A stretch of 64,000 nt of DNA from assembly GCA_965153455.1 (NCBI GenBank), contig OZ234493.1:33656213-33720212 (forward strand), given 5' to 3'. Source of the stretch: Sphagnum compactum (lineage: Eukaryota). The notes under the pieces were generated by a model. That model made no database searches. It saw nothing but the letters and a program-made list of their open reading frames with translations, and was not told the origin of the DNA. This document shows positions 25,990 through 39,150 of the stretch, one piece after another. Position 1 is the first letter of the stretch; each line of letters opens with the position of its first letter. Made by a program: the position numbers and the translations under genes.

Positions 25990-28140
25990 GGTATAAAACT
26001 TTTGGAAAAAGCATTATGATCCCTAAACCTAGGTTGGTAATGAATCAGTTGTGCAACTTGGATTTGCAAAATGCCAAAAATTGAACCACCACTCATCTCT
26101 TACACTACCAAGGACTTGTACCACGGCAATCTCAACCAACTTGAAGTAGTTTGAAAAAGAACATGCAAGCACTCAACATGTTAAAAGAATGCACCAAAGG
26201 CACATAAAAGGATTCACATCAAGCAACTTAGCCTTGGCAACACATGCATATGATTTCATGTTCAATTTGAACATAGATTGTTGAATGTCAAGGGAAGTTG
26301 CTAACAAAACCTCAAGCACCCATACATACTATTGCTTATGTTTTTGGGGTTGCAAAAGGTCACCTTAATCACATCCAAATGCTTGCAAAAACTTTCCTCC
26401 ACATCAAACTATAACTAATGTTGAGGGTACACCACATCTAAATTGTCCATGATGCCATGAATAAGGAATCTCCCTTGCAATTATGTAACAGAGCAATTAT
26501 TAGCAATCCACATCCATTTTCTAATTCATTTCAATGCAAAACAAAATGTTTGATGAACAGAACCAAAATAGACAAATTGAAAAAAAAAAAGTTAGGGGTT
26601 AAGGGTGCAAGCACATTAATAGGAACCACAAGTGATTATAACAATTGCTTAATTTTCACGTTTTAGTGTCAAACATTGTATTAATGTTACAAGTGATTCA
26701 AAATCATTCATGACAATGTTTTTAATATATTATCGAAATATGTGGTATGATTTGGATTGAACTTAATGATAATAGAGTTTTCAACACCATTCATTCAACA
26801 ACTATAACTAATGCTTATAAACATTATAATGATTCATATTGGTGACCCGAGATTATTTAAACATATATTTATAATGTAATTATGCAAGATTTTGTAAAGT
26901 CACAAAAAAAATTGATGATTTTTTTCAATGAGAATACATTGAAAACATTTTCAAATAAGCATTCATTGAAGGGACTCTTGTGGTTCTTATTATCCCATTT
27001 GCACCCTTAGGCTTAAACCTACACATTTTCTTTCCACCTATGTGATGGATGCAACATAAACATCTTTTGTCCCATATGAAATTTCACAAGTCTACAAATT
27101 ATAATCAATAGCCCAAATGTGTTGTTAGTTCAAATGCTAGGTGTCCCATGCTCGTGTTCAAACATGTCATCCAATGCATGATTATTGACTTGTGTTTAAT
27201 ACAAAACATAAACTTGTAAACATCAAATGCATCAAACTTGAACCTCATGTGTGGGTTTGAATATAATTCATAGATTTTGCCTTGGCATACTTTTGTTGTG
27301 ACCATGAAATCACAAATTACAACATCCTACAATTGGTTGAAATTAATTAAGTTGTGGATTGATTACAACAATGAAAGAATGGCAACAAGCCCCAATCAAA
27401 TTTGCACACCATAAAGAAGATCAAAGTTTGCCTTTGCCTTATCAATGGTAAGAACATCAATGGGAATCTTCATCAACAAATTATGTATTTTGGCATACCA
27501 CATTGGGCAAGGGACAACATAAATATCCGATGGGTTTTGACATTCTTTACACATGTTGACTCCATAAGCTTTGCAAGCTTCATAAATTCCAAACACCTTT
27601 TGGGCCTCCTGGAAAAACAATTGTGCAAGGTTGGAAGCAAACCTTTAATTATGTTGACCATTGACAAATGTGATAAAGTTTGAATTGCAAGGTTGGTTCT
27701 ATGAACCATACAATGAAGCCCCATGGAATGTGGAGCCCAATTGTCTAAAATATGTCAAATAACACATGACCTACTTTGGAATATAGAAACCCCATCAACA
27801 CCAAATGTCATAAGCCTTTTTAACAATCAAATCTTTTGTGATACCTCCTTCATGCATGAAGGCTTTGCATAAGGACTTGAATAAGATTATCGACACTTAA
27901 TCCAACCACCATGCATTCACGGAACAAGAAGATTGATATTCGCAACCAATTTTGAACCACATAAACATGAATCGACTCTATTGTCAATTGTACTAACCTC
28001 ATCACAAGTAAATGACAAATAATAGGCTACTCCAACATTAGATTTTGTGACCACCAAAATAATGCCATGGATATGTGGAACCATAACCCAACCAAAAATA
28101 TATGTCTAATGCATGTTGGGGTTTTCCTCAAGATTCACAA
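25990..28140 (-). mobile_element. Degenerate hAT-superfamily transposase relic (ZNF862-like type)
   Basis: Minus-strand fragments: CDEVSTID, FGVDGVSIFQ, GLHCMVHRTNLAIQ, FSRRPKR..KNVKT, and C-terminal dimerisation-like YFKLVEIAVVQVLGSVRDE..KSKLHN near 26050-26150. Many stops and frameshifts. Confidence 0.8.
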
Positions 28141-30587
28141 AATCAAACAAACCTACTTAACATGCCTACCTTGCCTACCTATTTGGGTAGGTAGGTAAAT
28201 AGGAAGGTACTTAGCCTACCTACTTGCCTACTTACCTAAATATTTGTTTTTAATATTTTAAAGGCCAAAATTCGTATGTCATGTTTCAAATTTTATTGTG
28301 CCATGTGGTAGCTTCTAATTTGGCCATGTGTATCAATCTCAAACCATCTAATTTGGATGAAGAAGATAAAATGAGCTTTTAATAATTCAAATTACATATA
28401 CCCCACCAATTGTGGTAACTAGTCAATTGCAAAGATATATATGGTTGATCAATGAATGGAGAAGTATATGGTTGACTCGATACTTCATCCATGTCGACTG
28501 TGCTAACATCATGCTTAGTCACCATTTGCAATTAATGTTGGTTACAACTAGACTTATGCATTTCATGGAAGTGATTTACAACTAGTTTCTAGTCATAAAT
28601 TGAAATCACAAAATGACCTTTTCTTGACCTTTTGATTATAAGTAGTTGTTAAATAGAGGTGGTTGTGTTCCCTTAAAAAAAAATTTAATACACATCATTT
28701 GATAAATTAGGTAATGTTTTAAAATAATACCCTTTCAATAAAGTAAGTTAGTTAGCAAGTTATTAGATTGCAAACTTAAAACCCTAATCTATGTCCATGA
28801 TGTCACTACTTGTTTGTATACCATCATGTGGTACTAAAGTTGAGGAAATTAAAAGCTAATAGGAAATCAAAGGACCAATTTTTAAAAAATTGGACACAAT
28901 TTCAAATTAGGATGTATTGTTGGCAAATGTGTTAAGATTAATGACAAATAATTTCACTTGAATTCTCATAACATAAAAACATCCATGGTTTTTCATAAGG
29001 TTTGCAAACCGTGTTTATAAATCATTTTCAATGTGGAACATTTGCACCTACAAATAGTGTCTTTTTTTTAATCAAAGGATGATAATAAAATGGCCTTGAG
29101 CACCTCTAGATAAATGAGTTTTATATCACAAAATATTCATGGGCATATAATCATTATATATCATAAATTTGTTATCAATGATCATAAAGTAAATGACTAT
29201 TTGAAGTCATGGTCAATGGTTGAAAAGAACTTTAAAACTTCATAAAGAAAGCAATAAGTTTTAAGAATTATAGGTGAAGGTTAATTATAAGCTTTGGAGA
29301 CCTATAAGGAAAATGGATATTTTCAAAAAGTGTTTGTGTAGGAGGATTGTGAATGAATATGCATTGTTCAAATAAGGTGATAATTTTTTTTGTTCATACA
29401 CAAATCATATTTGTTTTTTAACTAATTTGAATGTGATTTTATACAAAACTTTTGTCCAAAAAGAATGGATATCTTTTGGTGAAAGTGTAGGGTTATAGGC
29501 CTTTCAAACTATTTCCACTTGTAATTTTTTTCCTTTGAAATCAAAGGATGATATGTTGTAGAAATCTATTTGTGCTCATAAACTTCTGCCTTGTAGAATT
29601 TGCCAAAGAACCTAAGTTCACATCCTACCCTCCTCTCTCTTGAATCTACAGCTCCCACATGGTTTTGTAGGATATTGTCCTCATGTATTGGAAAGGACTT
29701 CCTGGCACAGAGGACTCAATTGCCAGTTCAAGGATCCTTCTACTGACGGCTTGCAAACCTTCCACACCATTTGAATAAAAGACCTTTGGTGCTTTCTGCT
29801 GGGGAGGCATCATCCCATGGGCCTCCCCTAATTATTGGCCCTATACCCTTGGGCTATGGCCATTGAGGCTATGACCCTCAAATTAGTGGAGGCCTGGGGG
29901 ACCAGGGCTTCCCCTCTACATTTTCTATCATTTAGAGTTATTCTAGCAGTTTTAATTTATTGGGTCACATGTGCTATACATGAGTTCAAATGTCTTTTCT
30001 AAATGGAAAAAGAATGATGAATTCATCGTGAAAATTTCAACATATATTCTCATCTTAGGTGTTTTAAGCTATTATTGAAGAATATCAAACCAAGAAATTA
30101 TTTTGAAAAGATTAGCATACATAATTTGGTGTAGAATAACCCGTTTTATGTAACTCCAGGAACTGAATTGCCCACTAGTGAGTGGCTGCTCCAGACAGGC
30201 CTAATGACTTGCAAAAAAATCCACAGGGATCAATCGACACCATTTATAATTATTTTCAAGAAAATTGTGATATCAGGAATTTGGTGATTTTTTCCAAAAA
30301 AAGTCCGATTTAAATTACAAATAAAAAAATGCGCAGTTTTTTGTCAAAAAATGACTAAAATTGTCACGGCAAGAAGACTACAGATATCAATACCAAAGAA
30401 TATTACAGTGCCGTTGAGACAAGTACATATATATAATTTAAGAAAAAACCAATTCCAGACATATGCTAGCAAAGATTAATCACTCCCAAATATTGTGTGC
30501 AAGCATCACATCCTTAATTCCTGGAGCAAAGTTATCAGATTAAATGGCATTAGGAATTGGAAGCAAGTGTCTCATGACTTTGTGGCC

Positions 30588-30855
30588 TAGTGTTTTTTTG
30601 ACAAAATTTCGCCAAATTTCAACCTGAAAAATATGATCTCAACCTATACAATGGATTTTCCATGGAACAAATGACCCAAATTCGACAGATTTCAAAAGAA
30701 AACCCAAGTCACCAGATCTTTATGATAAGTTCCAGGAGGTAGCCAAGAATATAGAAGGGTTCAGGTTTCTTTCTACTTTCATATCTAGTAAGTAGCCAAA
30801 TCTGGCTAAATCATCTTATTGATGGTTGCCACTTCACAAAATTGCAAAAACACGG
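30588..30855 (+). mobile_element. MITE family copy present only in duplicate B
   Basis: Homologous to 41246-41534; absent at the paralogous site near 5100. Confidence 0.7.
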
Positions 30856-33640
30856 TGACTCTGCCTGGTATGGCACGTTCAAACTTCAAACCAAGATGTT
30901 TTGAGCAGTTAAAAATAGGAACCGTTGCACATGTGAAGTTTCCCAAAATTAGTTGACTCACGATTCACAACAACACCTGGTGCACAGTCCTCAAAATGTG
31001 GGACCAAAAGAAATGTCCAATGTACACGTATCCCTAGTCAGCTGTCCCTTAAAGGCAGTTCCCCACCCGAAAACGAGATTCTTTTGGGTTTTTGCCGGGA
31101 CACCCCGTGCCATGCGTGCCCCAAAAAAAATTAGGGGTATAATTTATGTCTCAACTCGCATTTATGTTCTACCAGTTCTATGCCCACGTGCATATTTTCA
31201 TCCCAAATCAACGAGCACTGGGAGCACTGAGCAAGTTCATGTGCAAGCAGTTCACGTGTGCATGTTGTGGGCTGCTGTTTGTGTATTGGTCAAATCATGA
31301 GCTCTGTAGCAGCGTTCCACTAATGTTTTTTGGCCTGGCACAAGTTTTGTCTTTTGCCTACAGAAACAGGGAAAGTTTTTAGATATTCCTTTTTCCTTTC
31401 TAGCATAAAATTTGGATAATTTCTTTTTCTTTTGCGAGAAAATTGGAAAAAAAACTCAACATCAAAATTTTTAAAACGCTATCCTGTTTACAACTACAAA
31501 TAAATGATTACATGCAATTATTGAGTTTTTCTCAGAAAAGTGCCACAATAGGGATGCCATGCACTGTACGTGTATATCAGCATTGGTGAGATAAAATTAG
31601 GGAGTGCCCTTAATTAGCAACAAAGCAGTGCAATTCACGTAGAAGTTAGTTTGATACCACAATTGGGTTCCTGATAAAACGCTGGCGGTGTCAAATCTGG
31701 TGATTCTGATGAAGTCATGCGCCCAAAGCCAGTACTGTTGGTGTCGGTAAGGAAACAAACTTAATGAAGATGTATACGATACGAGGGTAATCAATGTTTA
31801 TTGAACGGAGCCATCGAGCCACGCGTGAGGACAGGCAGCTGTTATCACAAATGATTGATTATCTAGAAATTATGTCTCTAATTAATCTTTATGAATTTAC
31901 CTCTAGATTCACCATTGCCGACAAATGTACTGAGAGAGAATCCTTTGAGTAGTATGATCTACTTCATAATTAGAGGATATGTGTACGGCGCCGTAGTTTA
32001 TCATAATTAGCTCCGTGTACGGCGCCAATCGGTGATTGGCGGCAGTAATGGAGCTGTCCATTTCTCATGTCGTATCCTCTCGCTCTTGAACTCCCTATTA
32101 GCGGACTTTATCACGAGACCACATTTGGACGTAATCCACTGCATCTCGTAAGCAAAACTTGCGTTTCAATCAAACTTTTTCAAATCTCGTAAGAAAACTA
32201 CTTCAAAAATGTTCTTGAACCCCTTCGATTTTATAAATTACACAGCCCTCTGCATATATATATGCTCATCATGCATAGTGTCAACAAGAACAACGCAGTC
32301 GGTTGATATTTTCGCGTTGAGGGAGTTTAGTGTCGAATAAATGACCATATAATTCGTGTTTGCGTTTTCGAATCACATCTATGAACTTAAAGGGAAACAA
32401 TTTGCAAACTGTCTGAAAATCAGCTGTCTGGAGTAATCACTAATTTGCGCGTAGTTAACTTCTTTTTAGTGAAGTATGAAGTGATCATTTTCGTAGTCCA
32501 CTAAAAGTTGGTTTTTTAAGATCATCAGTTCACTGCCAAATTTGTTGATGATTGCAGCGCTCACGTTGGTAGTACGTGCCCTTATAAATCTACAGGATGC
32601 AGGAAATGAATGTCGCTTATGGCTTTTGAACAGTAGTACGTACACTAAGTCTATCGTCTTCGGCTGGAACGTCAGCAATACTAGTAGACACTCTAATCTT
32701 ACTTTGATTAACTAGTGTCTACTTCATCGCTCTTCTAGATCTCACATGACAGAAGTCCAGGAGCAATGAAATGTGTTTAATTCATCTTTCTACATCTCAT
32801 TTGATAAGAGTCCAGGTGCAACGAAATCAGGCAGTAACTGCGCAATTCCTTGAAGCTGTAAAGTTTCCGTGATAGAATCTGCTTCGTAATTTCCACACAA
32901 GAACAATATCTTGTAAAGAAGTTGTATATCAAGTCAGAGACATCTACACAACCTACGCTAGTCATAAAACATGCTCTAAGCTGTTGCCAGGAGTTGTACA
33001 GATTAATAGAAGCGCTTTTTATTCCTGAATATCATCTAGTGTGCATTACAGAATTTTAGCAAGCTATTGCAACGCAACCACATTAATGCAGAATAAACAT
33101 TATTACAAACCATCTTAGCGTCTTCCTATAAACGAGTTTCATGAGCATGTATCAGATCAATCCAAGTACAATGAACGTCTACTGATACTGACATCAAAAT
33201 GGTTCAGCCAATATAGTGAACTAGCATATATTATTCGCGCTAATTGGACTACTTCCAAGCCGGCTGTGAAGATTTCATGTAGAAAAGTTTCTCAAAATCC
33301 AGCATCTCGCTACATTAGAGAGAAGCTGCTGTATTGATCAGCTGTCTTGAAAACACAGCTGACTTTTTGGGTTCCGGAATGTTTTAAATGTGTCTTCGGA
33401 GAGAATCTTTGAATGTAGAGATCTGTCATCCTAGTCTGAAACAATAGAAACTGTAGCTGATCCAGAATGGAAACAGATTGACCCACTAGAGCAGGAATAG
33501 CACTTGGAACAGAGCAATACTTTCAAGGTGCAACCCGATCCTGCAGTATGTGAGACAGGATTTTGACAACCAGGATTTTCTTGTCGGCACCTTGACGAGC
33601 TGCTCAGGGTCTAATCCTTCGGACCAAGGATCTGCAGCAA

Positions 33641-36600
33641 TCAAGGATCAAAGGATCGGTATGGACGAAATGCACTGGAGACTCCACCTCCAATGAGCAC
33701 ACCACCAGGAGCTTGGACAGTGCGTGCAGTTGCTGCCAGCTTAATTGGCATTTCATCAGCAACTGGTGCAGCAGCATTGTTTCCAGCAGCAACAATTACT
33801 GGACGAGAAGACGGGAGCACTGGATCATCGGCCTCGACATACGACGGTACGATTATTGGCGCTGGATTGAAGAGTACACAGTCTGGAGTCGGCTCCATGT
33901 CCTGCACGTCGACTTCCTGCTGCTCCCAGCTCATGGTTACCGAGGTTTCATGTTGGTCATCACCATCATCAGCTCCTGGGAGCTGGACATACTGATCCGT
34001 TGCAGTACCCCCGGGAGCTGTTGAAACTTCTGTGTTGTTGGTGGCATTCTCCGACATAGTGGCATTGTCCTGAATGCAGAAACCAAACAATTATCTTTCC
34101 AGAACCTCTCCTGGACTTACATAGGGTTCAATGTAAGCCTGCCAGAAAGCCATCAGTCCTCTTGGGATCATACATTGTCTTGAAGAAATTGTTTTAGATG
34201 GACCAAAGAGCATCCCTTTGAAGTTTGGAGGCTAAACGAGAATGACATAAAGCATGAATTACCACCTGCTGTAATGCCTGGTCATTTTCTGCTGCAGCAG
34301 TGGCTCCTGCTGGAACGACGTCCTTCTTCTTGCGAGGAGTATAGGGCTTTCTGGGGCGTTTAGCGGCAGCTCCTGCAGCGGCGGCCTTCTTCTTGCGAGG
34401 AGTATATGGCTTCTTGGGGGCCTTCTGTTTGCCCCGTCTCCTGGTCACGGGTTTCTGAGCGGAAGGTACTGGAAGTCCAGCATCTGTAACATACCAAGAC
34501 ACAGATAAATCTTTCTGAAACTGTGTTTTGATGGAGAATTAGGGAAAGTTTAAAGGACTGTAGCTGCTGTACTTGACCCGAAGGATCAGATAGCTGTATC
34601 AGTGGTCGACAGTGTTGGAGGTCAGTCAGGCTGCAGAGAATTGGTGGATCATATATGTGGTGCAAGGCACTTACCAATGGCCGCCTGCTGTGCAGTGGTT
34701 GGCAGAGATCGCACAACAGATGTGTCTTTGATCAATTGGGCCATGTCCTTGTTGTTTTCTTGCACGGCTTTGTCGTAGACGGCTCTGCAATCAACCATCA
34801 CTTAGGGTAACATTCAGTCATGGTCCCATAGCAAAGCTAACTTCCTTGTTCAGTTGATCTACATGTATGCCATCTCGCTTGGATGATTCTAAGCTTATGT
34901 GTAAGTGTTTTCGATTGTTGTCTCTATCTCTCTGCAGTTTAGCAAGCAGGTTTGCAGGATTCATGGAGACTGCAGTGATCACAGCACATGATAAGCAGAG
35001 GAACTGAAGCTAGGGTTTCAGCTACTAAGCTAGGGGTTTGATGAGAACAAGGATCATACCAAAGGAAAAACAGAACTTGATTCAAGCAGCTGTATGTGAA
35101 GAACAGCAGGAACTCATGCATAATTCTGGTACCTGGCTGCTTCTTCCTCGGTGTTGTATGAGCCCAAGAGTTCACCCACCGGACTGCCAAAACAAACAAT
35201 AAACGAAATGAGCAACAAGAAGTAATTCCAATCAATACGCACCATCAGTATCTCATAACCACATAATTTCCTACAAACTGATGATGAACACCGAATCCCA
35301 TGTTTGTTTCTTCCACCCATACGTTCAGTTGCACAAGAGGGATCACCATTGCACAATGCAGATTGCATGAATCTACTAACAAGAGTTCACGACATTCAGT
35401 CATGATCACTGCAGAACGGGAGAGAAATGAGATCTGCAACATGTCGTGAAAGATAGATTCATGCATGCAAATTGAATGGCATGTGTGTACCTCCTCCTCT
35501 TCCAGTTCACCCTGTAAGTAGCCTCGAATTTGCCATCCTTCATCTTCCTCACACAAGGGTATGTGGACACAGCACCAGGTCCCTTGCTGTCTCGTCTAAG
35601 GAAAAGAGCCATTTGGTCCTTGGTGAGTAGCTTCAACTGCAATGCACCAAACCCCACCCAAATGAATGAATGTGTTCATCAAGCTGTACTTTGCACATGG
35701 ATCCCTCCATGTAACATCATGTCATTCATGTTGCAGCAGATCTCATAACCCATGATCCAACAAGATAGGTATAAACCAGTACTCAAAAATCAGAGGATCC
35801 AAAGTTCTAGCTAGGATCCTGCAAGCATGATAGAACGACATCAAGGAAGAGGAGCTCTCATGAAGAACATCAGAAACTGCCAGCTGCAACCTTTCTGTAC
35901 CAAACCTGCATTGCAGCTTACCCTTCTGATGTCATCTTTGTATTGTTGAGCAGGCTTGAAGTTGATACGGTCCTGGAACCCCTCGCCTCTCAGCACAAGG
36001 GCTGCTTTGTCGTAAGTCCTGCAATAAGACCACAGATGATCCATGAGCTGCACTCAGACAACAGCATAAGCAGTTGCTGTTACAGCTTCTTCAGCATTCT
36101 TAGTGTCATTCATGCATGGTGCAGCACGATAATTCACAATCCAGCGGCTGCAGCTGGTCACTAGTGCATGAAGAACTCCTGCTTGAATGTATGGAAACCT
36201 AGCTAGCTCAAGAAGCAAAACAGCAGTCCAACAATTAGGTTTCGAAGATAGACTCGAGTATCTAGATCTGTTGTACCTTGCAGCTTCTTCCTTGGTGGAT
36301 GATGCACCTGCATCCAAGATCAGCAAGCAAATGCAAACAGAATCAGATGGAACACATGATCAGCAGCAACAAAATGGCATCATCTACAATCAAAACACCG
36401 CAGCAGCTGGTAAAGAGAACTTCGTGATCGAGCTTCGCATGCTAGAAGTGAGAACAATGTACCGAGATAGAGTTGTTTGTGCGGTTCCACATCATCAACC
36501 CTGCACAGCATGCCACACAAAAACATACATGTCGCATCATGAGCAGATTTACAGAGGAAGATCCAGAACGTGTCGGATGAAACAATCGTCAAGACCAGAG

Positions 36601-37846
36601 AGAACCAGCACTGAGTGTTTTTCGATCTACAAGAGGCCGGAGGTACTTACCAGATGTGGGCTTCCCATCGACCAGTGCGTTGGTAATGCGTTACACCCAG
36701 AAACTCAGAGCTCTTGGAACGTGGTCCGCGCCGATATGAAAGTCTTTGCTTTTTTTTCACCGGCGGAGTCGCTGGGTCGACGACATCAGTTGTGATGCCA
36801 GCAGCAGCATCAGCTGCGGGATCATGATCAGCGACATCTGGATTGCACAGGGTATCAGAGTTTCCATGACTCGCAGCGCTTGCAGCTTTGGACTTTCTAG
36901 GCTTCCTCTTCTTCTTCTCACCGGCAACAGGCTGCTGCAGGACTGCTGCAACGTCCGCAGCTTGCGCGTCACGGTCGTCGTCCGCAGGGGAATCACTTTC
37001 ACTGCCATGGCCATGCAACTCCAGCTGCTGAAATAAGGCAGCTACAGTACCCTCCCCACCGCGATCGCTTCCTTCTTCCATGACACTCGACAGGGGGGGC
37101 TCATCGTGAGCGACATCTTCAATATCCCGGCCACCTCCTGCATCACCCATACTCTCCTGCACCATCGACAGCTGGTCACTGGGGTACTCACAAATGTATC
37201 TTCCTCGAGCGTCGACATGATCAACGCCTTGCAGTAACGTGTTACCCGTACTACCTTCGTCGTCGTCGTCGTTACTGTTTGTCACTTCGGCTGACTGCAT
37301 CGCATCGACATCGTCAGTAACACATTCACTGCCGTTCACGTCTTCCGAAGATGGCTGGTAGACAGCTGCCTGAGGGATCATGATGCCATCTCCGGAAGCA
37401 GGAACGCCTGCTGGCTGCCCATTATAATGAGGAACTGGAAAGGCGAAGCCGGGGTTCAGGGGACTCCAACCATATGCTGGCAAAGTCACCTCGGACATCA
37501 TGATGTCTCGACTCTGGAACGGAGGTGGGGCGCCGGCATTCGCAGCATGAGCTGCTACTGCAGCAGTATGTGCTTGCCGATGAATTTCTGGCAGATCCAA
37601 TTTCGAGCCCAGCGCCAAGCCAAAACCGCTTTGAAAGTGTGCAATCGTCTCGGCGTCGGCCGGTATCTGTCCGAAGAAGAGCAAAGCCGGCAGTGCGTAG
37701 AGTGGGACCGGCATCGAGACATGAGCTTGAGGAGCTGCAGCTGCTGAGGCAGTCTGCTGCTGCACCCGATTCTGGTCCTCGACCTGGACGCAGTCTTGCT
37801 GCATCCCACTGTCGAGGTTCGGAACCATGTTGAGATCGAAGTCCAT
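33641..37846 (-). CDS. Divergent euAP2 (APETALA2-like) double-AP2-domain transcription factor, full-length copy, about 771 aa, 9 coding exons
   Basis: Exons read by eye, all GT-AG and in frame (2316 nt): 37846-36651, 36500-36463, 36307-36277, 36018-35922, 35636-35491, 35183-35133, 34784-34675, 34483-34266 (alternative in-frame donor at 34263), 34069-33641. Peptide MDFDLN...[73 protein letters not shown] matches the euAP2 pattern [53 protein letters not shown]. The 31-nt and 146-nt exons and the intron phases match the conserved euAP2 layout. Confidence 0.9.
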
Positions 37847-38564
37847 CCTGCAAGGCATGAAAGTCCGGGGTGCAGCTTCGTGAGATCACCAAAACAATTG
37901 TTCCCACATGATCGATGACACTGCACACGACTTCAAAAGATTCGCAGAACTACTCCATGCGATCTCGAACTGAAGAACGCTACACATACCTGTGTAAGGA
38001 TCAAAGCAACGAAGACGATCTGAAAGCAAACAGAAACTCGAGAGTTGTTCAAGAGTTTGTTGCGACCACAAGCAGTAAGTGTAACCGCCTCCAACAAACC
38101 TGCAAACAAACACACAAACAGAAGAGAGTTGATCACTGCACATGTAGTATACGATGTCTGACATGAAACTACACATCTGCATCATGCATTAGTACGACAG
38201 TTCTTCAAACACCGGCCTTCTGCAGAAGTTCTCCCAAAAGTTTGAGACCTGTGCTAACAGCAAAAGTTTGATGCAATCGATTGAGAAGTTTATACGCGAA
38301 CCCCGCTACTCACCTCTGAGTCCACGCACCCCGATGGCCTACAACCCCTGCAAGCGCTCGAGACACTCAGTGTAGGTACTACAATGATCGGAAAATACAG
38401 CAGAAGCAGCAGGAAGCAAAGCTTTAGTACTGCATATTGAAAAGCTATCTTTAGAGCAAAAAAAAAACAGTAGTAGTGCTCAAAAACTCAGATCACCATG
38501 AAGAGCTCCAACTGCACCACACAATCTCACACAAAATGCAGCCCAGAAACGACAGATCCCAAGA

Positions 38565-38625
38565 AGAGCGAGGAGAGAGAGAGAGAGCGAGAGAGAGCGA
38601 GAGCGAGGGAAGAGACAGAGTGAGC
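38565..38625 (-). promoter_or_regulatory. GA/CT-rich tract in the putative 5' leader or core promoter of copy B
   Basis: (GA)n-rich run inside a block (38510-38795) conserved with 11484-11796. Confidence 0.5.
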
Positions 38626-38796
38626 GAGCTCGGAACCTCGCGACTTTGGCAGCGAGCGAGGGAGGGAAGAAACCCGGGATTTCTTTGGGTCCGTTTCTTC
38701 GGGTCGATGTACTCACTCGGGAACCGTTGGTTCTCAGTCAACGAAAGGCACTCAACCGGTCAACGCACTGGCAACATCCCCAGTTGTGGTCCACAA

Positions 38797-39150
38797 CAAT
38801 GTTGGGCAGGTACCCACTTTGGCAAGTAAGAACTGCCACCGGTTCCAGTTAGTAAGAACTGAACTGGAACTGGGTTGGAATTGGAACAGGAATTGAGCTT
38901 GGTTTTGTTTCTTGAAGAACCAGACCAGTTCCGAGTTGTAATTAGGTGTGGAGCCAGAACTGGAATTGATATTTTTGAAAAATAAAAGTGACTAGAATGT
39001 GGCCAACTGGCAATCAGGGTTGAAGAACTGGACCTGGAACCAGAGTCCTAGTTCCATCAATGTGTGAAACTGGAACTGAGATAATACTAATTTATTTTTT
39101 AGAACTGCAACCGGAGGTTCATCATAAAAGTAAAGAACCGCCCAACACTG
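38797..39150. mobile_element. hAT-type MITE directly upstream of the full-length AP2 gene
   Basis: TIR CAaTGTTGGGC...GCCCAACACTG, perfect 8-bp TSD GTCCACAA, internal GGAAC(T/C) repeats. Confidence 0.85.

Noticed and set aside
32065-32095. GTCGTATCCTCTCGCTCTTGAACT (and 6045-6070) loosely resembles a miR390/TAS3 site
   Set aside because: Needs several gaps and mismatches, and I found no second site or tasiRNA motif.
37847-37858. Upstream ATG (MPCR) as the start of copy B
   Set aside because: It lies in an acceptor-like context (TTGCAG|GATG), and the paralog starts at the codon equivalent to 37846.
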